58,155 bases of DNA from the IMG/VR virus record IMGVR_UViG_3300003690_000009, positions 1-58,155 of that record; one strand, written 5' to 3'. The position numbers and the translations under genes were made by a program. The notes beneath the pieces are model-generated. The model worked only from the letters and a program-made list of their open reading frames with translations. It had not been told where the DNA came from and searched no databases. This document shows, one piece after another, positions 1 through 6,941 of the stretch. This DNA comes from a virus (taxonomy: Duplodnaviria; Caudoviricetes). Within the stretch, counting starts at the first letter, position 1. The number at the start of each line of letters is the position of its first letter.

Positions 1-211
1 TCGGCGTCGCCGCACCCACCCACGCGCCGATGCTATTGAACTCCAGATACTCCCGCGCGTCCTCCTCGCTCATCCCGTCACGGCGCACGAGCACCGCAAT
101 GGCTTTCGGGATGGAGTAGACCGCGACGTCCGGCTGACTACAGCGACGGCCGAGGCCGATCAACGCCCCCTCCAACCCGTCCGCCAGCAGAATCCCGTCA
201 GGTACGCGCAT
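1..211 (-). CDS. Conserved phage hypothetical protein, 5' part (continues across the circular junction to 58083)
   Basis: Manual translation from ATG at 211: MRVPDGILLADGLEGALIG...EDAREYLEFNSIGAWVGAATP. It joins in frame to IWVEAM...QEDV* at the window end through the 8-nt terminal overlap. Confidence 0.8.
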   Translation of the reverse strand, partial: MRVPDGILLADGLEGALIGLGRRCSQPDVAVYSIPKAIAVLVRRDGMSEEDAREYLEFNSIGAWVGAATP

Positions 212-800
212 GCTCGCCCACAGCTATATCACAAAACCCGACGATCACGATACGTCCATCTGCACGGTCGGTTCCCCAGCCCGCCGGAGGCCACCGCGCG
301 TGGAACACCGACGCCGGATACACGAGCGCGCGATTCGGCCGCATCGGACACACGTCGGTCCGCGTCCAGTGCGCCAGGTCCGCCGCGTCCTCCGCCAATA
401 ATCGGTCGTGCTCCTCCGTCGTCCCCGCGAACGAGGGGCCGTGACGGCGGTGCGAGAAAAACGCCGTCCCCACCTCGTCCCCGGCCAACGGGTCCGGTTC
501 CCCGCAATACAACACCCAGGCGTGCGTCGACCCCATCCCCGCATCCGTGTGAATCCGCAGCGTCGCGTCCCGGTCCGCCGTCGCCAGACGCGCAAACAGA
601 TACCGCACCCGCATCATCTGGCCGAAGACCCGGTACATCAGCGTTCCCACCCCATCCTCCACCCATCGACGCACATCCTCCGGCGGATGGGCGAGCACAA
701 ATCCCTCTCCCCCATACGTCTCCCGACGAAAGTGCGCACTGTCACGCGCCCAGCGCTCAATCCCCGCATACTCCTGACAGACCCCGTCCGCTATCCACAT
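198..800 (-). CDS. 2OG-Fe(II) oxygenase-like protein (DUF6445-like)
   Basis: HxD motif (IHTD), distal His in NRALVYPASVFHARWP and C-terminal GRIVIVGF, typical of double-stranded beta-helix oxygenases. Confidence 0.65.
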   Translation of the reverse strand: MWIADGVCQEYAGIERWARDSAHFRRETYGGEGFVLAHPPEDVRRWVEDGVGTLMYRVFGQMMRVRYLFARLATADRDATLRIHTDAGMGSTHAWVLYCGEPDPLAGDEVGTAFFSHRRHGPSFAGTTEEHDRLLAEDAADLAHWTRTDVCPMRPNRALVYPASVFHARWPPAGWGTDRADGRIVIVGFCDIAVGEHART

Positions 801-825
801 ACTATCCCCCAGCGAAGAAACAGCG

Positions 826-1208
826 AAAAAACCCCTATAAAGAAAAGTACTTCTATTCTCTTCTATTCTCTTCTCTTGGGCCGGTACTTTCTGGAACTTC
901 CGGGAACTTCCGGGAAATTCCGGGAAATTCCGGGGGATTCCGGGGGATTCCGGGAGATTCCCAACGGCAACATCAAAAAAGTAGCACTTTCATTGGGTGT
1001 GTGTGGTTTTGGTGACACCTGTTTGGGTTTTTTGGGTTTTTCTCCCGGTTTGAGAAAGGCGTTTTTTGGGTCAAATGAGGGAAAACTGGGCACTGTCATA
1101 GTGTGGTCTCCGGTAGAGAACAAAGGGCGAAGAAACTCTTCCGGGAAATTCCGGGAAATTCCGGGAAATTCCTGGACTTTCCGGGAAATTCCGGGGGATT
1201 CCGAAAAA
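826..1208. repeat. Candidate replication origin: two blocks of about 7 tandem 10-bp iteron-like repeats (TTCCGGGAAA variants) with AT-rich flanks
   Basis: Tandem 10-mers at 889-962 and 1139-1208; TTCTATTCTC repeats at 851-877; locally low GC; no convincing ORF. Confidence 0.6.
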
Positions 1209-1224
1209 TAGGTGAATCTTGGGT

Positions 1225-1380
1225 CGCGGACAGAGACTAGGAACCTATATAGGACTAGGGGGGGCCATCGCGCGTTCCGTGATCACCCCCCCCGCCTTCC
1301 TTCCCTTGGCTCACCCCTCCTCCCATCCCCCCCCACGGCCCGGCGCACACCCTACCCGGAGCGTATCCATCTGTAGTGCG
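1225..1380. other. G/C-run noncoding segment downstream of terS, possible packaging (pac) region
   Basis: Runs of G7 and C7-8 with a TATATA core immediately 3' of terS. Function inferred from position only. Confidence 0.25.
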
Positions 1381-1385
1381 CCCCA

Positions 1386-1985
1386 TCAGCCGCCCTGGTC
1401 GACGTCACCCTCGCCTGGGCCAACCTCGGTGGATACCTCGGCCAGGAGCATGTTGGCACGCTCGACCCGGTCAAGCTGATCGTTGGACATCCCGGCAAGC
1501 TGTGCCGGGCTGAAGGCGTGCAGGTGCAGGTGCTGCTCCGGCATCAGCCGCTTGAGCAGCAGGTCAAGTGCCCTCGTCTTGTCCCACGTCCGGATGCGGG
1601 ACACGGTGGCGGCCCCGTCGACCACGGCCACGTCCACGCTGGCGACACTGGCGGCCACGTCGTCCGGCAAGTCGACCAGGTCGACCAGGCGCTGTTGCCC
1701 CGAGGCACCCCTGGTGAAGAGGCGGCGGAGGTCCGAGAAGGCGATCACCTTCAGTTCGTTGAGCACATCCTCAACCCGGAGGTCGAGGTTGTCGAGGTGG
1801 CGGCGGTGGACCCGTTGGATCTCGACCTGGACCTTAGCATGTTGCAGGAGCCGAGATCCTGTGACGGCCGCGACGCCGTTGTCCTTCCCGGCCGTGTAGC
1901 CTGCCCTGATCGCCGCCTGGGTCGCGTTGAGGTCAAGCACGTACTCCGAACAGAACCGCCGCTGTTTTTCGTTGAGGTAGGCCAT
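1386..1985 (-). CDS. terS: Terminase small subunit
   Basis: N-terminus LNEKQRRFCSEYVLDLNATQAAIRAGY is the classic Terminase_2 HTH signature; later DKTRALDLL. Confidence 0.93.
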   Translation of the reverse strand: MAYLNEKQRRFCSEYVLDLNATQAAIRAGYTAGKDNGVAAVTGSRLLQHAKVQVEIQRVHRRHLDNLDLRVEDVLNELKVIAFSDLRRLFTRGASGQQRLVDLVDLPDDVAASVASVDVAVVDGAATVSRIRTWDKTRALDLLLKRLMPEQHLHLHAFSPAQLAGMSNDQLDRVERANMLLAEVSTEVGPGEGDVDQGG

Positions 1986-2052
1986 CCGAAGAGCCTAGCA
2001 CACCCCGCAAGTGACTGTCGAAACAGGGGTTATCATGACGTGACTTTAGGGC

Positions 2053-2082
2053 TTGACAACATGGCGTGACTTCCCCTAGAGT
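2053..2082 (+). promoter_or_regulatory. Sigma70-type early promoter
   Basis: TTGACA (2053-2058), 18 nt, TAGAGT (2077-2082); divergent from terS and upstream of the plus-strand gene cluster. Confidence 0.7.
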
Positions 2083-2089
2083 ATACACA

Positions 2090-2131
2090 GCCGTGAGGTC
2101 ACGTTGGCTCATGGCGTTGGTCTTTGACAAA
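2090..2131 (+). promoter_or_regulatory. Hairpin plus boxA-like antitermination site
   Basis: Stem GCCGTGAG/CTCATGGC followed by TGGTCTTTGACA, compared with the rrn boxA consensus TGCTCTTTAACA. Confidence 0.55.
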
Positions 2132-2600
2132 CGGCGGGCAGGAGTAGCACGGGGCAGTCCCTGGCAGCGACCACCGAGGAAGCGCGACGCGGGACGCGCA
2201 GAAGGTGCCACACGAACCCCAGCCCGACGATACGGAGCCGCAACCCGCGACGGGACCGCACGACCCGTCACGCGGACCGAAGGAGGTGTCCTCAGTCACC
2301 CCCTGGCAGTGACCGCCGAGACCGGCGGGTCTGGCCGGGAGATGACCAGGAGCCCAGCTGATCACTTCGGACCCCGCAGCGGAGAACCCTGCCGACCCCC
2401 TGGAGGTGCCAGTAATGGCCCTGACCGAGGGTGGCAGACAAGCGAGCGCAGGACTGCAGAGCAGACCTCGACCCAACCGGTGCCACCGTGGCAGCCGCTC
2501 GGTCGAGTGAGGCGGAGGGGCAGTCATCCGGGCAGCGACCCGGAGAGCCAAACCAGGGCCACCACGGCCAGGGGGGCGACGACGCGCATCGTGAGGCTAG
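2132..2600 (+). ncRNA. Large structured leader RNA of unknown class
   Basis: No credible ORF. Nested helices include GTCACCCCCTGGC (2295-2307) with GCCAGGGGGGCGAC (2567-2580), CTGCCGACCC/GGGTGGCAG, CTCGACC/GGTCGAG and CCGCGACGGG/CCCGTCACGCGG. Confidence 0.55.
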
Positions 2601-2602
2601 CA

Positions 2603-2660
2603 CTTGGTACTAGAAACACTGCTGTGTTGTGCGATTTAACGCACCTGACGAGGTACCGAG
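2603..2660 (+). ncRNA. Hammerhead ribozyme, type II
   Basis: GAAA (2613-2616), stem III CAC/GTG, GUU cleavage triplet, stem I GTGCG/CGCAC, CTGACGA (2645-2651), stem II GGTACCGAG pairing with CTTGGTACT. One extra A precedes GAAA. Confidence 0.8.
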
Positions 2661-2663
2661 ATC

Positions 2664-2996
2664 ATGACCATCACACCGCATGTCATTCTCTACAGCATAC
2701 TGATCAAGACCGCCGACCATCTGCCCGACGCGCGGCAGGCCGTCGCGGAGGCGATCAAGAGCCTGGACGTTGTCCAGGGCGACGGCTACCGGGACGACGG
2801 CGTCTCGACGGACGTCGAGATCGTGAGCGTGTCCTGCGTCATCGACACGCCAGCGCAGCGCGCCCAGGCGGCCGTGCGGGCCTCGCAACCCGGCAAGTCG
2901 ACCCGGCGTGTCCAGGACAGGCTAGTGGTGATCGGTGTGCCCAAAAAGCGCGCGGAGGCGATCAAGCGGCAGATCCTCTCTGCCGTCGAGCGGTGA
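2664..2996 (+). CDS. Early hypothetical protein
   Basis: 110-aa ORF; SD-like GAGGT lies inside the hammerhead. Confidence 0.7.
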   Translation: MTITPHVILYSILIKTADHLPDARQAVAEAIKSLDVVQGDGYRDDGVSTDVEIVSVSCVIDTPAQRAQAAVRASQPGKSTRRVQDRLVVIGVPKKRAEAIKRQILSAVER

Positions 2997-3110
2997 GGAG
3001 TACGGGAGGGGGCGCTGGCCCCTTCCCACCTCTACCGGAGCGCCTGACGGCGTTGCGGCAGGGGTTCAAGGATGGGGGCAGCGAACGCCCCAGAGACAGG
3101 AGATCAGACG

Positions 3111-3326
3111 ATGAAGTATCAGACACCAGCCACCCACGGCGACAAGTGGGACAGTCAGCCGCTGTTCGACACATCGGCACTCACCCCGGAGCAGGTGGCC
3201 GGGCTCAAGGCGGTACGAGCGGAAGCGGATCGCGTGTGGGAAGCAGCGTTTGGGAAGGACGAGTCCTACATTCCCCCGCCTGCGCCGTGGGACAACGACC
3301 AGGACGGTATCACCCGGGAAGTCTGA
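3111..3326 (+). CDS. Small acidic early protein
   Basis: ATG at 3111 after AGGAGA; its stop TGA overlaps twister 1. Confidence 0.7.
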   Translation: MKYQTPATHGDKWDSQPLFDTSALTPEQVAGLKAVRAEADRVWEAAFGKDESYIPPPAPWDNDQDGITREV

Positions 3327-3381
3327 GAGGCGCGGGCTCCGGCCCGCGTTAAAGGGTAGGACCGGTCTCAAGCCCCGGTCC
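3323..3381 (+). ncRNA. Twister-like ribozyme 1 (circularly permuted, type-P5-like)
   Basis: CU-GA-GAGG, P1 hairpin, U-UAA-AG, then P4 with loop UCUC-AA-GCC; T1 is UCUC/GAGG; predicted cut 3350/3351. Confidence 0.85.
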
Positions 3382-3409
3382 ACCGTCAACCATTCACCAG
3401 GAGGCACAG

Positions 3410-3631
3410 ATGAAGACGTCAGCGTATCAACTCGTGATGTTCGGGGTGTATGGGTGCTTGATGTTGGGCGGCGTGATCACGGCCAGCGTCGCCCTGGAGG
3501 CGGCAGCGGTCCAGACGGCGTCCGAAGGCGTGATCGTCGCCCTGGCGCTCGCGGGGTTCCTGGAGTTTTTCGTCGGCGTCGTCGGCGTGATCGTCTTCGT
3601 CGACCCCCGGCACGACCGGAGGGTTCAATGA
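3410..3631 (+). CDS. Small membrane protein (2 TM)
   Basis: AGGAGG RBS; two hydrophobic stretches. Confidence 0.75.
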   Translation: MKTSAYQLVMFGVYGCLMLGGVITASVALEAAAVQTASEGVIVALALAGFLEFFVGVVGVIVFVDPRHDRRVQ

Positions 3632-3915
3632 GGGCGTACCGACCGCTGCCGAAGGACGCAGTGCTGACCCTGGTCAGGCGCGCCGCCATCGCCGCCCTGG
3701 CCCCACCGCCACCTTCCATCGTGAAGGCGGCACGGGACGACGGCGTCTCGACGCAAGTGTACGAGGACGCCATCGACCAGCGGGTCCAGCGCATGGAGAG
3801 GGCACTGGAGCGAATCGCGGCACTGACCCATGCTCGCCTGTTCGACGGCGAGACACTGCTGCTGGTCCCGGAGTTCTGGCGGGAGTGGCGCGGAGGCTAC
3901 CACGAGGAAGTGTGA
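3628..3915 (+). CDS. Early hypothetical protein
   Basis: ATGA overlap with the upstream stop; MRAYRPLPKD...; its stop overlaps twister 2. Confidence 0.7.
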   Translation: MRAYRPLPKDAVLTLVRRAAIAALAPPPPSIVKAARDDGVSTQVYEDAIDQRVQRMERALERIAALTHARLFDGETLLLVPEFWREWRGGYHEEV

Positions 3916-3968
3916 GGGCACGGCCACCGGGCCGTGTAAACGGTGCGACCGGTCCCAAGCCCCGGTCG
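3912..3968 (+). ncRNA. Twister-like ribozyme 2
   Basis: GU-GA-GGG, P1 CACGGCC/GGCCGTG, UAA-AC, P4 loop UCCC-AA-GCC; predicted cut 3937/3938. Confidence 0.85.
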
Positions 3969-3998
3969 ACGTTCACCCATTCACCCAGGAGGCAAGAC

Positions 3999-4376
3999 AT
4001 GACAGACGTCAAGACGGCGATCGACTCTACCAGCCTGTGGGACTATGACGACCCCATCGCAGGTGCGGTCACCGACTCGCACCCGGAGGGCTACGACATC
4101 CCCAACTGGATCGACCAGGAGATCACCGGCACCACCGTTGCCGCCATCCGCCAGGGCGGCTGCGCCTCTGGCGCCTACATGGACGCCGTGACCTACTACG
4201 ACGCCCGCCGGACGATGGACGGACACGGGGACGCCGTATTGGAGTACATCGAGTGCGCCATGGGCGAGATTCCGCAGCCGAAAGACGGTGAAAGCTGGAG
4301 CGGGTTTGCGGTGTTTTATCTGTCCATGGCCGTTGAATTGTGGGCGGCAACAGAGTTTGACGACTGGGACCGGTGA
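3999..4376 (+). CDS. Acidic early protein (GGCASG..YY family; possible DNA mimic)
   Basis: AGGAGG RBS; D/E-rich 125 aa; motif IRQGGCASGAYMDAVTYY resembles conserved phage early proteins. Confidence 0.7.
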   Translation: MTDVKTAIDSTSLWDYDDPIAGAVTDSHPEGYDIPNWIDQEITGTTVAAIRQGGCASGAYMDAVTYYDARRTMDGHGDAVLEYIECAMGEIPQPKDGESWSGFAVFYLSMAVELWAATEFDDWDR

Positions 4377-4379
4377 CGT

Positions 4380-4439
4380 GTGATGGGACGGGGCCGCAGT
4401 GGCCCCGTTTAAGCGGTAAAGCCGGTCCAAAGCCCCGGC
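4380..4439 (+). ncRNA. Twister-like ribozyme 3
   Basis: GA-UGGG pairs with loop UCCA (compensatory change); predicted cut 4410/4411. Confidence 0.85.
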
Positions 4440-4466
4440 CGACGTTCCTCTCACCTGGAGGTAGAC

Positions 4467-5054
4467 ATGACGAAGAAAGATCCCACCCGCGATGACTGGC
4501 TCGCCCGCGCCGTGACGGCGCTGCGGCCACTGTTCGCGGCGGCCGGACACCCCATCGGCGCGCAGCTGATCCGTGTGTCGGTCGGGTTCCCATCGAAGCG
4601 CGCGATGGCGGGCAAGTGTCAGCGCATCGGTGAGTGCTGGGACCGCGCCGACGACGACGGGGTGCCGCAGTTGTATATCTCGCCTGTGCTCGATGAGCCC
4701 GTGCGCGTCCTGGACGTCCTGCTGCACGAACTCGTCCACGCGGCGGTGGGCAACAAAGCCGGGCACAAAGGCCCGTTTCGGAAGGCAGCGATCGCCCTGG
4801 GTCTCACCGGCAAAATGACTGCTACCGTGGCCGGGGACGCCCTCGCGCTCACGCTCACGGCGATGGCTAAGACGCTGGGGCCGTTTCCCCACGCGGCCCT
4901 GGACCCGTCGCAGGGACGGCCCAAGCAGTCGACGAGGATGCTCAAAGCGGAGTGCCTGACGGACGCCTACATCGTGAGGCTGTCCCGGAAGATGATTGAG
5001 GAACACGGGTGTCCCGTGTGCCCGACCTGCCAGGAGCAGATGACCGAGGCGTAG
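4467..5054 (+). CDS. SprT-like zinc metalloprotease-domain protein
   Basis: HELVH zincin motif followed by GHKGPF; C-terminal Cys cluster CPVCPTC. Confidence 0.8.
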   Translation: MTKKDPTRDDWLARAVTALRPLFAAAGHPIGAQLIRVSVGFPSKRAMAGKCQRIGECWDRADDDGVPQLYISPVLDEPVRVLDVLLHELVHAAVGNKAGHKGPFRKAAIALGLTGKMTATVAGDALALTLTAMAKTLGPFPHAALDPSQGRPKQSTRMLKAECLTDAYIVRLSRKMIEEHGCPVCPTCQEQMTEA

Positions 5055-5055
5055 G

Positions 5056-5114
5056 GTGAGGGCACGGGCTCCTGGCCCGTGTAAACGGTGCGGACCGGTC
5101 CCAAGCCCCGGTCC
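5056..5114 (+). ncRNA. Twister-like ribozyme 4
   Basis: GU-GA-GGG, P1, UAA-AC, P4 GGACCGG/CCGGTCC with loop UCCCAAGCC; predicted cut 5082/5083. Confidence 0.85.
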
Positions 5115-5128
5115 AGAAAGGGTAGAGA

Positions 5129-5350
5129 ATGAGTAGAGCTTTAGCGATTATGCAGCGGGGAGGTATCAACGCCGTGCAGAAACGCATCGAACTCCTGGAC
5201 TCCGAGCCGGGTGCGTGGGGCCATGAACCCCAAGACTGCGAATATGGGCACTTCGACTGTAGCTGTAGCCCCGGAGGGGCCTGCAACGACGAACTGATGG
5301 GCCTTGTGAACCGGTCCCAAGCCCCGGTCCAGAAAGGTAGGAGAGCATGA
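5129..5350 (+). CDS. Small Cys/His-rich protein
   Basis: DCEYGHFDCSCSPGGACND; bracketed by 28-bp direct repeats. Confidence 0.65.
   Translation: MSRALAIMQRGGINAVQKRIELLDSEPGAWGHEPQDCEYGHFDCSCSPGGACNDELMGLVNRSQAPVQKGRRA
5310..5337 (+). repeat. Partial twister copy (P4 hairpin only), exact 28-bp repeat of 5094-5121
   Basis: ACCGGTCCCAAGCCCCGGTCCAGAAAGG occurs at both sites. Confidence 0.9.
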
Positions 5351-5646
5351 TCTTTAGACTGAGCAGTGACACGGCGGTGGTGCCCGTCCGGGTGAACCTG
5401 AGCCTGGAGCAGCAGGTGCTATTGCTGCGGATCATCACACGCTATCACCGCCCCCCGCGCGGAGAACACTACCCGCTGGTCAACGACCCGCAACAACATC
5501 GGCGCGATGGAACGACGGCATCGGCCCTGGGCCGCAAGGGGCTGGTGGTCTGGAACCGCCCGGCCAAGACGGCGACCCCCACCATGGAGGGGTTCTGGTT
5601 GGGCGACGCACTCCGCATCGAGGCACGGCGGCGTGAGGCCGAGTAG
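5347..5646 (+). CDS. Early hypothetical protein (possible winged helix)
   Basis: AGGAGAG RBS; TTASALGRKGLV...PTMEG pattern. Confidence 0.65.
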   Translation: MIFRLSSDTAVVPVRVNLSLEQQVLLLRIITRYHRPPRGEHYPLVNDPQQHRRDGTTASALGRKGLVVWNRPAKTATPTMEGFWLGDALRIEARRREAE

Positions 5647-5648
5647 AT

Positions 5649-5710
5649 CCTGAGAGGCACGGGGGAATCGCCCCCGTGTGAAAGGGCCGTCCAGGTCTCA
5701 AGCCCTGGGC
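5649..5710 (+). ncRNA. Twister-like ribozyme 5
   Basis: CCU-GA-GAGG, P1, U-GAA-AGG-GC, loop UCUC-AA-GC; predicted cut 5680/5681. Confidence 0.85.
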
Positions 5711-5745
5711 ACCGTCAACCGTCCACCATCCTCCGAAGGAGAGAC

Positions 5746-6078
5746 ATGGCCGAATATCGAATCACCGGCACGTACATCGGCAGGGACGCACGACCACTCC
5801 GCAAGGCGCTAGGTAATCTCGGCGTCAACGCACGGGTCCAGAAGGTGGACCGCCACCCATCGCGGGCCAGCCGATTCTCGGAAGCGCTCGACCGCATCCG
5901 GCACGGCCAGGAAGACCTCGTGGAACTACGCGACGAGCTTCAAACATGGCGCGACAACCTCCCGGAGAACCTGGAGGACGGCCAGAAAGCCGAACAATTG
6001 GACACGGCGATTGACCAGCTGACCGAATTTGAGGAGATCGAGGTCGACGTCGACGTCGACTTTCCGACCATGTTCTAA
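5746..6078 (+). CDS. Conserved phage early protein with acidic helical C-terminus
   Basis: AAGGAGAG RBS; LRDELQTWRDNLPENLE motif. Confidence 0.75.
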   Translation: MAEYRITGTYIGRDARPLRKALGNLGVNARVQKVDRHPSRASRFSEALDRIRHGQEDLVELRDELQTWRDNLPENLEDGQKAEQLDTAIDQLTEFEEIEVDVDVDFPTMF

Positions 6079-6080
6079 GT

Positions 6081-6141
6081 GGCGATGGGCGCGGGCCTTC
6101 GGGCTCGCGTGAAGCCCCCAGCGCCGGTCCAAAGGCCGGGC
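6081..6141 (+). ncRNA. Twister-like ribozyme 6
   Basis: GGC-GA-UGGG, P1 with cUUCGg loop, GAA-GCC-CC, loop UCCA-AA-GG. T1, T2 and P2 all covary; predicted cut 6111/6112. Confidence 0.85.
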
Positions 6142-6168
6142 ACAGTGAGGCAGGGAGAGAGGACAACA

Positions 6169-6372
6169 ATGCTGCAAGTGACATTCCAGCAGGACGGCAA
6201 GGTGCAGGTTTTTGCGATGCAGGACGGGGACGTGGTCAGCGTGACGACAGACGCCAATCGCCTGCCGACTATGCTGCCAGCCGAGACAGCCGAGATATTG
6301 TGCGGTGCCGTGGCTGAACTACACGAGACGCTCTCGGCAGTGATGCCACGGACGCTCAAAATCGTGTCCTGA
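6169..6372 (+). CDS. Small early protein
   Basis: ATG at 6169 after GAGAGGA; 67 aa. Confidence 0.65.
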   Translation: MLQVTFQQDGKVQVFAMQDGDVVSVTTDANRLPTMLPAETAEILCGAVAELHETLSAVMPRTLKIVS

Positions 6373-6406
6373 GAGGTCCGGGGCGTTCACCTGGAGGGGG
6401 AGACAG

Positions 6407-6589
6407 ATGAAACAGAAAACGTGCGAGGTATGTGAGGTCGGGTATACGTCCGGGTGTACCAACTCCCGGTGCATGGAATGCCACGACAAATACTGTACGC
6501 CGGGCGGGGCCACGTCCCCCGGACACTACCCCGGACACCCACCGACATCTCGCTTGTGGCCGAGATCGGTGCAACCAGAGAAGGCATAG
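6407..6589 (+). CDS. Small zinc-finger-like protein
   Basis: GGAGG RBS; CEVC...CMECH. Confidence 0.65.
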   Translation: MKQKTCEVCEVGYTSGCTNSRCMECHDKYCTPGGATSPGHYPGHPPTSRLWPRSVQPEKA

Positions 6590-6593
6590 GGTG

Positions 6594-6830
6594 ATGGAGA
6601 TGCAAGACGATGAACGTGACTACGACGAGGATCGGCGGATGCCGGACGGCACCACCTTCGCCACTCCCGGCTCGGCGTTGCGCTCGGCCACGGCCCGCAA
6701 CCCACGCAACCTGCCATGCCCCACCTGCGGGCAGGCGAACCGGCTGACGCCAGCGGATCGCCGGGCGGGGTATCAGTGCGACACCTGCGCTGACCGCGCG
6801 GAAGGTGTCTACATGGGCGGCGACTACTGA
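6594..6830 (+). CDS. Zinc-ribbon protein
   Basis: SALRSATARNPRNLPCPTC...GYQCDTCAD, two CxxC pairs. Confidence 0.75.
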   Translation: MEMQDDERDYDEDRRMPDGTTFATPGSALRSATARNPRNLPCPTCGQANRLTPADRRAGYQCDTCADRAEGVYMGGDY

Positions 6831-6840
6831 CGGCAAGATA

Positions 6841-6900
6841 GGGCGATGGCACGGGCTCCGGCCCGTGTAAACCCGCTACGACCCGGTCCACAGTCCGGGC
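6841..6900 (+). ncRNA. Twister-like ribozyme 7
   Basis: GGGC-GA-UGG, P1, UAA-ACCC-GC, loop UCCA-CA-GU; predicted cut 6868/6869. Confidence 0.75.
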
Positions 6901-6941
6901 GATGTTCACAGACAGGCGGGACAACCACGAAAGGGGGCGCT

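Noticed and set aside
898-1208. Iterons as Noc or STAT binding sites
   Set aside because: The similarity is superficial; the tandem 10-bp phasing fits iterons better.
2066-3352. 428-aa ORF and other long overlapping ORFs (408-1211, 7346-8365, 16675-18171, 46627-48339)
   Set aside because: Low-complexity Arg/Pro/Gly translations typical of GC-rich shadow frames, overlapping better-supported genes or RNAs.
5996-6040. Diversity-generating retroelement TR/VR pair
   Set aside because: The 45-bp copies are identical with no adenine-specific mismatches, and no reverse transcriptase was found.
6570-6578. Single TIGR spacer matches in the genome (TGCAACCAG at 6570, CACAATGTG at 11991, ATGGGATGG at the tasA start, TCACGACTG at 57581)
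   Set aside because: The partner spacer does not match the adjacent DNA, and isolated 9-mers are expected by chance in 58 kb.
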